In this document: positions 49,660 to 59,434 of the stretch, in pieces
How the letters are laid out: every line of letters starts with the position of its first letter
How positions within the stretch are numbered: position 1 is the stretch's first letter
Notes under the pieces: generated by a model
What the model was told of the DNA's origin: nothing
The model's input: the letters and a program-made list of their open reading frames with translations, nothing else
Database searches by the model: none
Program-made: the position numbers and the translations under genes
Virus record (IMG/VR): IMGVR_UViG_2740892441_000001
Strand: one strand, 5' to 3'
Source: a virus
Lineage: Duplodnaviria > Heunggongvirae > Uroviricota > Caudoviricetes
DNA length: 64,000 nucleotides

Positions 49660-49805
49660 GTACGCCGCCGTTCCTGAACCGGCATCGAGCCTTTTCCCGA
49701 AATCCACACAGGCAACTCGACCGTTTCCCTGAAAACCTCCAGCCGTTCCCCGAAGGCAACCCAGCCGTTTCTGTAGCGGGATGCAGCCTTTTCCCTGTAT
49801 GGACC
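49660..49805. repeat. iteron-like array (CCGTTTCC / CCTTTTCC units, six copies at ~20-30 bp spacing)
   Basis: gccgttcctgaacc, gccttttcccgaaatcc, accgtttccctgaaaacc, agccgttccccgaagg, agccgtttctgtagcgg, gccttttccctgtatgg. Confidence 0.55.
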
Positions 49806-50399
49806 GAAGGCTGACCGTAGGGGTGTTACGGGGGATAAAATCAGTAGTTGAATAAATACGAAAAAGGAGGCGACACCCCTCCTTCCCTCCCCACTTATAC
49901 ATACCTGGCTTCTTCGCTATGCATGTTGTGTTTTCTTCGTGTTTTATCTGTTTCAACCTCTCTATAGGCGTTAATGCTCACTCCTTCCAGAACGTTCTAT
50001 ACGGCAACTATTTCTGTTGGTGAATTGGGTGTGTTGTTTTCTCTGTCGGTGTATGTGGTTTCGTTCGTTTTGCGGTGGTTCTTCTATAGGGTGTTCTCGT
50101 CGTTTTGGTGATTGTTCTTCTCCGTCTATGGAGTAATGGCAGGTGGGCGATTCCTTTCGTTATTGTGTTTGAGTTGTTTGTCTGGAGTGCGTGAAGGGCT
50201 TTTGTAGTTATTCGTGTATTGGGTAATGGCGTTTCCCGTGATTGTTCTGTTTCGTGTCTTTTGGGATTGAAGAATCCTTGCGGTAACAGGCTTCGTTGGG
50301 GTTTCAGTGATTCTGGTGTTTCTTCGCTGTTTGGGTAATGGCGTGTCGTGGGTATCGCGCGTATGAATGTTTTCGGATTGCCTGTGAAAGTTAGGTTGG

Positions 50400-50465
50400 T
50401 TGTCCGGTAGCCTGGGAAGAAGAGGTGGGTCTTTTCGGTAGCCTGCCATAAAGAGGTTGGTTGTT
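50400..50465. repeat. direct repeat pair in GT-skewed noncoding tract
   Basis: cggtagcctgggaagaagaggtgggtctttt / cggtagcctgccataaagaggttggttgttttt. Confidence 0.45.
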
Positions 50466-50866
50466 TTTGGGAATGGCATATGCGTTATTTAGTTGTTTTG
50501 TTATGCCTGAAAATAAGTTGTTTATATGGTTATGTAACGCAACGGGAACGATTTTGAGCGTGTGTTTTTGTTGGTAGTGTGTTGGGTCGTCTGTGGTGAA
50601 AATTGGACGCTGTGGCGCTGTCTGCTGCGTAGGATTGCGGGTATAAGAAGTAATGTGTGAAAACGTCAATTTTTTAGACCAAATCGGGTGAAAGCGTTGA
50701 CGTTTCGTTGATCTGTTATTCAGTTGTTTTCTTGTTTGTATAAACAACTATAACCTATTGATATTTAAGGGTGTGATTGCAGGTATGGAAGGGGAGTAGT
50801 GGCGATCAACGGATTCTTATAGAAAAGAATCAAATTGTGACCGCCATTATCAATAAGTTGCAACCG

Positions 50867-51436
50867 TTAGTTGTTCAGATAAACATTTGGAACACGGACG
50901 TAGAAGTTCCTGTCACCGGTAAGTTCCAGAGTAATGTTAATGTCATTACCATTGTCTAGTGTAGCCGTTGCTCTATAGAACTTATCCGTCACCTTGTCCT
51001 CTATTGTCACCTTCATACATTTTGGTGCAGTCGAACCGTTATTCTCTTTCAGAATAGTTGTCACGAGAGGGCAGGCTGCTTCTTCAAGAGCAACCTCGTC
51101 CTTGTGTGGGATGCCGATGAAGATAATCCAAGCCAGCGACGCAACGATTATGATAAATGGCACTCTGCTGCCTTTTGTAATAGTCGCGCGCTTCCAGAGA
51201 TAGACAGGCAGGAGGAATACCCCCCATAGAATTGAAGGTGGTTCACAGCCAGACTCCGATAGAGCCATTCTGTCAGCTACTAACAAACCGATGGTAGTTA
51301 CACCCCCAATTATAATAGCGTAATTGGTATACTCTTCCGGCAATACTCCAAAGAAGAAAGGCATGAACGCTAGAATCCACGCATAAATGTTATTCAGAGG
51401 TTTTGTTTGTTGGTTCTGGGTTTCCATCACATCCAT
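50867..51436 (-). CDS. hypothetical membrane protein
   Basis: 189-aa ORF with several TM helices in N-terminal half. Confidence 0.4.
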   Translation of the reverse strand: MDVMETQNQQTKPLNNIYAWILAFMPFFFGVLPEEYTNYAIIIGGVTTIGLLVADRMALSESGCEPPSILWGVFLLPVYLWKRATITKGSRVPFIIIVASLAWIIFIGIPHKDEVALEEAACPLVTTILKENNGSTAPKCMKVTIEDKVTDKFYRATATLDNGNDINITLELTGDRNFYVRVPNVYLNN

Positions 51437-51588
51437 TCCATCACATAAAAATCGCTTTTATATATTATCAATTTTCTCACTTGTATAACCTAAATACGCA
51501 TCCGTTTATCAATCCACCTTCCACAAACATCAGCTTTGGCTATGAAAAATGACAATCTCAAAGTGAAACCATTATCATAGGATAACGA

Positions 51589-51774
51589 TTAGATGAGATG
51601 GTCTAATTCATCATCTATCATCGCTTTAACACTTGAGTCATTAACCCCGTATTGATTTATGAGCCGTTTCAGCTCCGGTGAAAACTGAAGGTAGATATCG
51701 TGGGCGTTTTTCACTGTAGGTTCAACGCCACGCATTTCAAGCGCCTTTAGTAGATATGAGTCTTCTTTAAGCAT
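51589..51774 (-). CDS. hypothetical small protein
   Basis: 61-aa ORF. Confidence 0.3.
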   Translation of the reverse strand: MLKEDSYLLKALEMRGVEPTVKNAHDIYLQFSPELKRLINQYGVNDSSVKAMIDDELDHLI

Positions 51775-51810
51775 AAATTCTCCGTTATCTAGTATGAAGC
51801 GATTGCCGGA

Positions 51811-52119
51811 TTACCATTGCCAGCACTCAAGCCCTTCAACGACCGGTGCGCCACAATCAAAATGTACAGAGTCAAAGCCTACATCAAGTACTTTCTGAAT
51901 GTTCGCAATCGCGCCCTCGGATATACCATATCGACGCAACTCATCTTTCCAGTCATCGTCCTGTAACCCGGCGTGGACAATGCAACCGTACTCAATTTGT
52001 GAAACCCAATCCAGCTCATTGCTTGCGATCATGAATCGGCGAGCATCTTCCTCTGATGTATGAGATGAGCTGATCAATGCCACCTGGTAGGCTTGGGTAA
52101 TGTTCAACATTTCAACCAC
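51811..52119 (-). CDS. hypothetical protein
   Basis: 102-aa ORF preceded by conserved motif. Confidence 0.4.
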   Translation of the reverse strand: MVEMLNITQAYQVALISSSHTSEEDARRFMIASNELDWVSQIEYGCIVHAGLQDDDWKDELRRYGISEGAIANIQKVLDVGFDSVHFDCGAPVVEGLECWQW

Positions 52120-52123
52120 TCCG

Positions 52124-52188
52124 AAACAATTTGTTTTCTTATGTGGCTTATTATCTCAATCAACAAAAGGCAGAAAACAAATTGTTTT
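52124..52188 (-). promoter_or_regulatory. conserved early promoter/operator motif (two half-copies)
   Basis: aaacaatttgttttcttatgtggcttattatc and aaaaggcagaaaacaaattgtttt. Confidence 0.45.
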
Positions 52189-52271
52189 AGGGTTTGTTAA
52201 AGTCAGAAGGGATTGTGTCTATATGAAAATGCCCAGCGTATTGCCGGGCATTGTGAAGAATGGTTGCTTAA

Positions 52272-54305
52272 TTACTTAACCTGGTGGCCAGGTTTAGCAC
52301 CAGCATCCGGGCTTAACAGGAAGATGTCTTTCCCGCCGGGGCCAGCAGCCATCACCATGCCTTCGGAGATACCGAAACGCATTTTACGCGGAGCCAGGTT
52401 AGCCACCATAATGGTGTGACGGCCAATCAGTGCCTGTGGGTCTGGATAAGCGGAACGGATGCCTGAGAAGACATTGCGTTTTTCACCGCCGAGATCCAGC
52501 GTCAGGCGCAGCAGTTTGTCAGAACCTTCAACAAAGTCTGCGTTTTCGATCAGCGCCACGCGCAGGTCAACTTTGGCAAAGTCGTCAAAGGTGATGGTTT
52601 CCTGAATCGGGTCGTCTGCCAGCGGGCCAGTAACTGGCGCGGCAGTAGCTTTCACTTCTTCTTTAGACGCTTCCACCAATGCTTCCACCTGTTTCATGTC
52701 GATACGGTTATACAGTGCTTTGAACGGATTCACTTTATGGCCCAGCAGCGGTTGCTGGATACCATCCCAGGTCAGTTCTGTATTCAGGAATGCTTCTGCA
52801 CGTTCAGTCAGTTTCGGCAGTACCGGCTTCAGGTACGTCATCAGCACGCGGAACAGGTTAATGCCCATAGAGCAAATCGCCTGCAGATCGGCATCGCGTC
52901 CTTCCTGCTTCGCCACCACCCACGGAGCCTGTTCATCGACATAGCGGTTAGCCAGGTCAGCCAATGCCATGATTTCACGGATAGCTTTACCAAATTCGCG
53001 GCTTTCCCATGCTTCGCCAATCACTTCAGCGGCATCAGTAAAGGTTTTGTACAGTTGCGAGTCAGCCAGTTCGCTTGCCAGCACGCCGTCAAAACGCTTG
53101 TTGATAAAGCCTGCATTACGGGAGGCCAGGTTAACCACTTTGTTCACGATATCGGCATTCACGCGCTGAACGAAATCCTCCAGGTTGAGATCGATATCAT
53201 CAATGCGCGAAGAGAGTTTCGCAGTGTAGTAGTAACGCAGGCTGTCGGCGTCAAAATGATTCATCCAGGTGCTGGCTTTAATAAAGGTGCCGCGAGACTT
53301 GGACATCTTCGCGCCGTTCACCGTCACATAGCCGTGAACAAACAGGTTGGTCGGCTTGCGGAAGTTGCTGCCTTCCAGCATGGCAGGCCAGAACAGGCTG
53401 TGGAAGTAAACGATATCTTTACCGATGAAGTGGTACAGCTCGGCGGTGGAGTCTTTCTTCCAGTATTCATCGAAGCTGGTAGTGTCGCCGCGCTTGTCGC
53501 ACAGATTCTTGAAGGAACCCATGTAGCCAATCGGTGCGTCCAGCCAGACGTAGAAATATTTACCCGGCGCGTTCGGAATTTCAAAACCGAAGTAAGGTGC
53601 GTCGCGGGAGATATCCCACTGTTGCAGACCAGATTCAAACCACTCCTGCATTTTGTTTGCCACCTGCTCCTGCAACGCACCGCTGCGGGTCCATGCCTGC
53701 AACATTTCGCTGAAAGAGGGCAGATCAAAGAAGAAGTGTTCAGAATCACGCATTACCGGCGTAGCGCCAGAAACTACCGATTTCGGCTCAATCAGTTCAG
53801 TCGGGCTGTAGGTCGCGCCGCAAACTTCACAGTTATCGCCGTATTGATCTGGCGCTTTACATTTCGGACAGGTGCCTTTCACAAAACGATCCGGCAGGAA
53901 CATGCCTTTTTCCGGGTCGTACAACTGAGAGATAGTGCGGTTTTTAATAAAACCGTTCTCTTTCAGGCGAGTATAGATAAGCTCAGACAGCTGGCGGTTC
54001 TCTTCGCTGTGCGTCGAGTGATAGTTGTCATAGCTGATGTTAAAGCCTGCGAAATCAGTCTGGTGTTCCTGGCTCATTTCGCCAATCATCTGTTCCGGTG
54101 TGATACCAAGCTGCTGTGCTTTCAGCATGATCGGCGTACCGTGGGCATCGTCGGCGCAGATGAAGTTGACCTCGTGGCCGCGCATTCGCTGGTAACGGAC
54201 CCAGACATCAGCCTGGATGTGCTCCAGCATATGGCCGAGGTGGATTGAGCCGTTAGCGTACGGCAGCGCGCACGTCACCAGAATTTTCTTCGCGACTTGG
54301 GTCAT
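52272..54305 (-). CDS. metG: methionine--tRNA ligase
   Basis: 677-aa protein from [25 protein letters not shown] (HLGH, KMSKS motifs, C-terminal tRNA-binding domain); matches E. coli MetG as I recall it; the 43-codon N-terminal extension in the ORF track is rejected. Confidence 0.95.
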   Translation of the reverse strand: MTQVAKKILVTCALPYANGSIHLGHMLEHIQADVWVRYQRMRGHEVNFICADDAHGTPIMLKAQQLGITPEQMIGEMSQEHQTDFAGFNISYDNYHSTHSEENRQLSELIYTRLKENGFIKNRTISQLYDPEKGMFLPDRFVKGTCPKCKAPDQYGDNCEVCGATYSPTELIEPKSVVSGATPVMRDSEHFFFDLPSFSEMLQAWTRSGALQEQVANKMQEWFESGLQQWDISRDAPYFGFEIPNAPGKYFYVWLDAPIGYMGSFKNLCDKRGDTTSFDEYWKKDSTAELYHFIGKDIVYFHSLFWPAMLEGSNFRKPTNLFVHGYVTVNGAKMSKSRGTFIKASTWMNHFDADSLRYYYTAKLSSRIDDIDLNLEDFVQRVNADIVNKVVNLASRNAGFINKRFDGVLASELADSQLYKTFTDAAEVIGEAWESREFGKAIREIMALADLANRYVDEQAPWVVAKQEGRDADLQAICSMGINLFRVLMTYLKPVLPKLTERAEAFLNTELTWDGIQQPLLGHKVNPFKALYNRIDMKQVEALVEASKEEVKATAAPVTGPLADDPIQETITFDDFAKVDLRVALIENADFVEGSDKLLRLTLDLGGEKRNVFSGIRSAYPDPQALIGRHTIMVANLAPRKMRFGISEGMVMAAGPGGKDIFLLSPDAGAKPGHQVK

Positions 54306-54462
54306 AGTAGGCATTACTTCTTTGTAGTGAAAAGGGGCTTGATAGTAACAAAATGGCCTTATGTCTGCCATGTGATAACAGCATTTCTCATAAATGATTA
54401 AATGTCGTAGCTGGAGTACACTACAAGGCGACAATTGCGCAAATTAAAATAAAGGAGACGGG

Positions 54463-55563
54463 ATGAGCGAGTCCAAATCGCCGGATGCCCTGAGAGCAAT
54501 GGTAGCCGGTACGCTGGCTAATTTTCAGCACCCAACCCTGAAGCACAACCTGACTACGCTTAAAGCGTTACACCATGTTGCGTTGATGGATGACACACTG
54601 CATGTCGAACTAATCATGCCTTTCGTGTGGAATAAGCCTTTTGAAGACCTGAAAGAGCAATGTAGTGGTGATCTGCTCCGTATCACTGGCGCAAAGGCTA
54701 TCGACTGGAAGCTGTCGTACAACATTGCCACGCTTAAGCGCGTCAAAAACCAACCAGGCATTAATGGCGTTAAGAACATCATCGCCGTCAGCTCAGGCAA
54801 GGGCGGTGTAGGCAAATCGTCCACAGCAGTAAACTTGGCACTGGCGTTGGCTGCTGAAGGTGCGAAAGTTGGTATTTTGGATGCCGATATCTACGGTCCA
54901 TCAATTCCAACCATGCTGGGTGCGGAAAACCAACGTCCAACCTCACCGGACGGTACTCACATGGCACCTATCATGTCTCATGGCCTGGCAACCAACTCTA
55001 TTGGTTATCTGGTCACCGACGACAATGCAATGGTGTGGCGTGGACCGATGGCCAGCAAGGCGTTAATGCAGATGTTGCAGGAAACTCTATGGCCTGATCT
55101 GGACTATCTCGTTCTCGATATGCCGCCGGGCACTGGTGATATTCAATTGACGCTGGCGCAGAACATTCCTGTAACTGGTGCTGTTGTGGTAACTACGCCG
55201 CAAGATATCGCGCTGATCGATGCGAAGAAAGGCATTGTGATGTTCGAAAAAGTCGAAGTGCCGGTACTGGGTATCGTCGAAAACATGAGTGTGCATATTT
55301 GCAGTAACTGCGGTCATCACGAGCCAATTTTTGGCACCGGTGGCGCACAGAAGCTGGCCGAGAAATACAACACGCAGTTGTTAGGCCAAATGCCACTTCA
55401 TATCTCTCTTCGTGAAGATCTGGATAACGGAACACCAACCGTTATTAGTCGTCCAGATAGCGAATTTACGGCTATTTATCGTGACCTCGCAGATCGCGTT
55501 GCTGCCCAAATGTATTGGCAAGGTGAAGTAATACCTGGCGAAATCGCATTCCGCGCAGTGTGA
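54463..55563 (+). CDS. apbC: Fe-S cluster carrier ATPase ApbC/Mrp
   Basis: 366-aa ORF; deviant Walker A SGKGGVGKSS; CxxC motif; divergent from metG as in enterobacterial chromosomes. Confidence 0.95.
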   Translation: MSESKSPDALRAMVAGTLANFQHPTLKHNLTTLKALHHVALMDDTLHVELIMPFVWNKPFEDLKEQCSGDLLRITGAKAIDWKLSYNIATLKRVKNQPGINGVKNIIAVSSGKGGVGKSSTAVNLALALAAEGAKVGILDADIYGPSIPTMLGAENQRPTSPDGTHMAPIMSHGLATNSIGYLVTDDNAMVWRGPMASKALMQMLQETLWPDLDYLVLDMPPGTGDIQLTLAQNIPVTGAVVVTTPQDIALIDAKKGIVMFEKVEVPVLGIVENMSVHICSNCGHHEPIFGTGGAQKLAEKYNTQLLGQMPLHISLREDLDNGTPTVISRPDSEFTAIYRDLADRVAAQMYWQGEVIPGEIAFRAV

Positions 55564-55564
55564 T

Positions 55565-55592
55565 AAAAAGGTGGTGCAATGCACCACCTAAA
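55565..55592 (-). terminator. hairpin shared by the convergent apbC and umuD'-like genes
   Basis: aggtggtgcaatgcaccacct, flanked by an A/T run. Confidence 0.45.
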
Positions 55593-55600
55593 CAGTTCTC

Positions 55601-55990
55601 CTACATCACAGGACAATCATCAAACTCGCCACTTCTTGCGTCGTTGATAATGTGAGTGATCACACCAAACACGGCATTGCTGCCCGTGCATCCATCATCA
55701 TCCTTTGGCAATGCTTCCTTCTTACCAGTTCTTAAATCCTCCAGATGCTGACGTGGATACTTCCGGTATCTTTTTACGCGATATTCCCCATCCAGAGCAC
55801 ATACAAGAAGAGATCCATCAACAGGAGTGAGTGAGGAATCGACCACCAGCAATGCACCCTGCAATATTCCCTCACGATGATGACTATCAGCCGCCCTCAT
55901 GAAGTAGGTCGCTGAAGGATGTCTAATTATCTGCTGATCAAGAGAAATACGGCTCTCTGCATAATCCGCCGCAGGAGATGGGAAGCCCAT
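55601..55990 (-). CDS. UmuD'-like (HumD-type) S24 peptidase-fold protein
   Basis: 129-aa ORF starting MGFPSPAADY, i.e. at the position of the UmuD Cys24-Gly25 cleavage site; Ser/Lys dyad context retained (DSH, VKR); GAGGTG SD. Confidence 0.8.
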   Translation of the reverse strand: MGFPSPAADYAESRISLDQQIIRHPSATYFMRAADSHHREGILQGALLVVDSSLTPVDGSLLVCALDGEYRVKRYRKYPRQHLEDLRTGKKEALPKDDDGCTGSNAVFGVITHIINDARSGEFDDCPVM

Positions 55991-56008
55991 AGCGTTTTCA
56001 CCTCAAAA

Positions 56009-56028
56009 TACTGTTTATATATACAGTA
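56009..56028. promoter_or_regulatory. LexA (SOS) box
   Basis: TACTGTTTATATATACAGTA about 20 nt upstream of the umuD'-like start. Confidence 0.75.
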
Positions 56029-56160
56029 TACATGAAAGAAACCCACTTAGTGCAACCGATCGAGACTCTTCACCAAACAAAAATATTTTTCTCAAATAAG
56101 AAAAGGCAGAAAACAAATTGTTTAAGGCCACTAGTTGTGGCCTTAATGGGGGAGGGGTGC

Positions 56161-56685
56161 TTATTGGCTATGGCTAAAAATCAAATGAGACACTTCATGT
56201 GGTTGTAGCTCGTCAAGATCCGGGGCCACAAAACCTTTTCCGAAAGACTTCACAAGTGATTCACCAGCCGCATCATTGTCACCTATTACGCGAAAGTCAT
56301 ACGGCAGCATTGCCAGTTGACGACGTAATCCTGCTGAGAAAGTCGAACCTAACAGCGCCCACGAATTTCCGCCCGCGTTGTGCACTGCTGCACTTTTAAA
56401 AATCGACTCAGTTATCCATATCGGTCCATCTTTTAAAGGAAGATAGGTTCCCCATAGTAGCTGTCTGCCGTGCGCTCGTGTGAAATACCGGGCCATCTTC
56501 GGATTGCTATGCTGCTTAGGAGCGCCTGGTCTGTATGTCTGATACCCGGCCAACATCCCATCAAACCTGTATAGAGGGAACGTAACAACTCCTTCGCTTT
56601 CATCGATCCACTGTCTATATGGATGCACATCATGGCGGTAGTTGCGAGTTAGCAAATGAGCTTCCAGCTTTCCAAATTTGGTCAT
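56161..56685 (-). CDS. hypothetical protein
   Basis: Start moved to MTKFGK (GAGGGA SD). Confidence 0.4.
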   Translation of the reverse strand: MTKFGKLEAHLLTRNYRHDVHPYRQWIDESEGVVTFPLYRFDGMLAGYQTYRPGAPKQHSNPKMARYFTRAHGRQLLWGTYLPLKDGPIWITESIFKSAAVHNAGGNSWALLGSTFSAGLRRQLAMLPYDFRVIGDNDAAGESLVKSFGKGFVAPDLDELQPHEVSHLIFSHSQ

Positions 56686-56698
56686 AACTTCGCATCCC

Positions 56699-57553
56699 TC
56701 ATAACACTTCCCATTTATCACCATATTTCTCCATAGCTCTTAGCCAGTAAACATGGCCACTAGGCATAGTGATGTGAGGCTCGCCAAACTCTTCTCCATG
56801 CACATCAAAGATGTCCCCAACAGAGAATTGGGGGATTTCTACGCCGTTTTCACCTATATGCGTAATTCGTATACGTTTCGGTTGAAATTGTCCACCTTTG
56901 AGCGAGTTGTTCACTGCTCTGGCAATTTTCTCCCGCAATTGCTGCGTTACGTGGTACTGAACCGCAATATCCCGCAACTCGTTCACCAGTTCTCTAATCT
57001 GGTGATCTTTAAGCTCATTATTTGGGTGATGGGCAACAACTCTGGTTAATTCACCCTTGTCTTTTGCTCTTACGTATGCAGCTCTTGTGCATTCGACCCA
57101 TGTATTACCGCCTACATTAACTTCGTAGATTAGGCTGGACTTATCTGTCAATTCGGAACAAATACGGGCCGTGGTCTGGCAACTAGAGCATTCGCAGTTA
57201 TCGCGGAAACCGTGGTCTACTGGCTGCGGTTTCACATCATCAACTTTTTCTACCCTATTGGAATTTAAATACTTCGAAGCCTTGCTATGCCAATCGCTGG
57301 TTTTAGGATCTTGTCCATCCATCAAACGCCAGGCTTCAGCGATTAACTCATAACTAGTGACTGTAGCTTCCTGCGCATCACCAATAAGTCGTGTAATCTC
57401 TCTTTCAAGCCGACCGCCTAGCTCTGTTTTAGTGCAATGTTCTGACCAATCGCCAGCCTCAAGCAGCGCGAGAATGCTTAAAATATCGTCCAATAGAACG
57501 GTAGTATTATCGACTTCCTTCTGAAACTCACCGGCTACTGATTTATGCATCAT
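56699..57553 (-). CDS. hypothetical protein
   Basis: 284-aa ORF with cysteine cluster CECSSC in the middle. Confidence 0.4.
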   Translation of the reverse strand: MMHKSVAGEFQKEVDNTTVLLDDILSILALLEAGDWSEHCTKTELGGRLEREITRLIGDAQEATVTSYELIAEAWRLMDGQDPKTSDWHSKASKYLNSNRVEKVDDVKPQPVDHGFRDNCECSSCQTTARICSELTDKSSLIYEVNVGGNTWVECTRAAYVRAKDKGELTRVVAHHPNNELKDHQIRELVNELRDIAVQYHVTQQLREKIARAVNNSLKGGQFQPKRIRITHIGENGVEIPQFSVGDIFDVHGEEFGEPHITMPSGHVYWLRAMEKYGDKWEVL

Positions 57554-57852
57554 TCGTCATCCTCATCCGAGTCATCCTCATCACAGGATGAGAGTAGTGG
57601 GTTAGTCATTCGCCCTACTTGAGTGGCGTAGCCACGCCGACAGAGATTGCGCAGCACACTGTATATTTCGAACATCTCGGTTCGTTCATCGCCAACATCA
57701 AGCTCAGATGCTATAGCGTGGCATTCAGTCGCGAGAGCCGATATTTTCTGAAATAACTCTGCTTTATTCACTCTTAGACTCCTGCGGAGGTTCTGGTAGC
57801 GGCATCCAGTGAGTTGCTTGCTCAATACCATTACCCGGCTTAATCGTTGCAT
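57550..57852 (-). CDS. hypothetical protein
   Basis: 100-aa ORF with acidic C-terminal tail. Confidence 0.3.
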   Translation of the reverse strand: MQRLSRVMVLSKQLTGCRYQNLRRSLRVNKAELFQKISALATECHAIASELDVGDERTEMFEIYSVLRNLCRRGYATQVGRMTNPLLSSCDEDDSDEDDE

Positions 57853-58498
57853 CTCCGCGCCGAAAGGTGCTTCCGGTATAGCGTGCGGAGCATATTAGCG
57901 GTTCAACCAGAGAGCTATCGAAATTCACCGAAATAAGCACGTTCTGGCCCTTTTCAGGCATTCGCTCACTACAGCTTATCCAACCATCCGGAGTTACCGG
58001 ATTGTTGCCAGCCTCATACGCGACCCTTATCCAGTGCATAAGCATTTCAGTACTTACACATCCACAATCAACATCAATTTTGTCATGCTGCTGTTCCAGC
58101 CATTGCTCAAAAGTTAACTTGTAAGTTTGGCTTACAGGTTTGGCTTCCAGTTCTGCTATGTGATTTTTGGCTGATTCCAACTCAATCGACAATTTTTCCA
58201 ACTGCTCTTTATGATTTTTATATTCCTGATATGCGTGCCAAGACTGACCTTTGCGCACACTATCAGTGATATCAGCAACCTGCTCTGGTGTTAGCGTGGT
58301 CAGTGGCTGTGCTGGAAAAATCATCACTTGCCCGGCATCCCAATCAAAACCCGCCTGAATTGACTGAACCTCAACTGATGGTGTTGAACCGATGCGACCA
58401 GGCGAATGAACAACGATCGTTACATCCATATCGCGACGATGGCTGTGGTTGTTGGACAAAATACGATTCACCGACTCAGAAAATTTGGAAAATTTCAT
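57764..58498 (-). CDS. DUF551-like prophage protein
   Basis: Start moved to MKFSKF (AGAGGGG SD); C-terminal [13 protein letters not shown] segment. Confidence 0.45.
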   Translation of the reverse strand: MKFSKFSESVNRILSNNHSHRRDMDVTIVVHSPGRIGSTPSVEVQSIQAGFDWDAGQVMIFPAQPLTTLTPEQVADITDSVRKGQSWHAYQEYKNHKEQLEKLSIELESAKNHIAELEAKPVSQTYKLTFEQWLEQQHDKIDVDCGCVSTEMLMHWIRVAYEAGNNPVTPDGWISCSERMPEKGQNVLISVNFDSSLVEPLICSARYTGSTFRRGDATIKPGNGIEQATHWMPLPEPPQESKSE

Positions 58499-58821
58499 GC
58501 TGACCCCTCTTTCTCTCCCCGGATAATTCTGTTGCACACATCCACACACTCGTCGCAGATGAAAACGGCGTCCCCAGCAATTAACTTTTTGACGGCGTAC
58601 TGGGATTTGTTGCAGAAGCTGCAACAAAGTGTTCGCCTGGCTGATAAGGATGGAGCGCCAGATGTCAGCCGCTCCATATCGTTCTTGCGACGCAATATCA
58701 CACGGCTGAACTCAACCAGTTTCTCCGGGGATATCTCCTCCTCCTCCGTAGCGAGCGTCTCTAGTCGTTCGAGTATGTGGAAGGCTTTTTCCTGGGTAAT
58801 TGCAGAATGCGATGTGGTCAT
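58495..58821 (-). CDS. ClpX N-terminal zinc-binding-domain-like protein
   Basis: Start moved to MTTSHS (GGAGAG SD); C-terminal [28 protein letters not shown] resembles the ClpX C4 zinc ribbon. Confidence 0.5.
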   Translation of the reverse strand: MTTSHSAITQEKAFHILERLETLATEEEEISPEKLVEFSRVILRRKNDMERLTSGAPSLSARRTLCCSFCNKSQYAVKKLIAGDAVFICDECVDVCNRIIRGEKEGSA

Positions 58822-58822
58822 C

Positions 58823-59434
58823 TCACTCTCCTTTGATGCGAATGCCAGGGGCGCGTGGCACATTAACTTCCACGATGCGCACTGTTGGTTTGTACATCTC
58901 AATCGCTGTCAGCCAGTCAGCTCCTGTCATGCGCTTTTCCGCATCGCCATTAGTCCACTGAACCGGTACACCAATAGCCTTCATCGCGATTTCTATTTCC
59001 CCGGCAATGGCGCTTTTTCCGCAACCAGTAAAACCAGATACAACGACCAGAACTTCACCTTTGGCTGGTTTTATTTCCCGTGCTTCCAGTTCTGCAATGC
59101 GCTTACTTCCATCCGAGATAACGCCCTCGTAATACTCACGCTGCTCGTTGAGTTTTGATTTTGCCAACTCCAGTTGTTTTGTTAGTTCTGCAATACGACA
59201 AACATCGTTGATACGCGTTTCCTCTAATGCGTTGCTCTCATCCAGTAGCGCCAGCACGGTTTCTGGTCCGGCCAGAAATTTGAAGGCGTTGAGGGCATCA
59301 ATATCAACACCGCTATCTTTAAGTTCCTGTTCGCTTATCAGATCATCATCAACTGGCAACATTAACAGGCGTTCCATTGCCGGAATTGCACGCTCTGCCG
59401 CCTCACGCAGTGCCTGATAGTCAATCTTGCTCAC
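58823..59434 (-). CDS. Ea22-like coiled-coil protein with P-loop
   Basis: 203-aa ORF; N-terminal coiled coil; [12 protein letters not shown]alker A-like motif. Confidence 0.4.
   Translation of the reverse strand: MSKIDYQALREAAERAIPAMERLLMLPVDDDLISEQELKDSGVDIDALNAFKFLAGPETVLALLDESNALEETRINDVCRIAELTKQLELAKSKLNEQREYYEGVISDGSKRIAELEAREIKPAKGEVLVVVSGFTGCGKSAIAGEIEIAMKAIGVPVQWTNGDAEKRMTGADWLTAIEMYKPTVRIVEVNVPRAPGIRIKGE

Noticed and set aside
49498-50747. ORFs 49498-49956, 50126-50479 and 50391-50747
   Set aside because: They overlap the iteron array and GT-skewed tract; translations are low-complexity and stop-free frames follow from base composition.
52737-54248. 503-aa plus-strand ORF
   Set aside because: Antisense to the highly conserved metG coding sequence; translation is low-complexity with no motifs.
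52272-54434. 720-aa metG ORF as given in the ORF track
   Set aside because: The first 43 codons (MSPCSVLQ...) are not MetG-like; the conserved N-terminus [10 protein letters not shown] starts at 54305.
55565-56160. Integrase or attachment site next to apbC
   Set aside because: No tyrosine or serine recombinase-like ORF and no convincing direct repeat found at either edge of the metG-apbC block, so prophage boundaries cannot be asserted.
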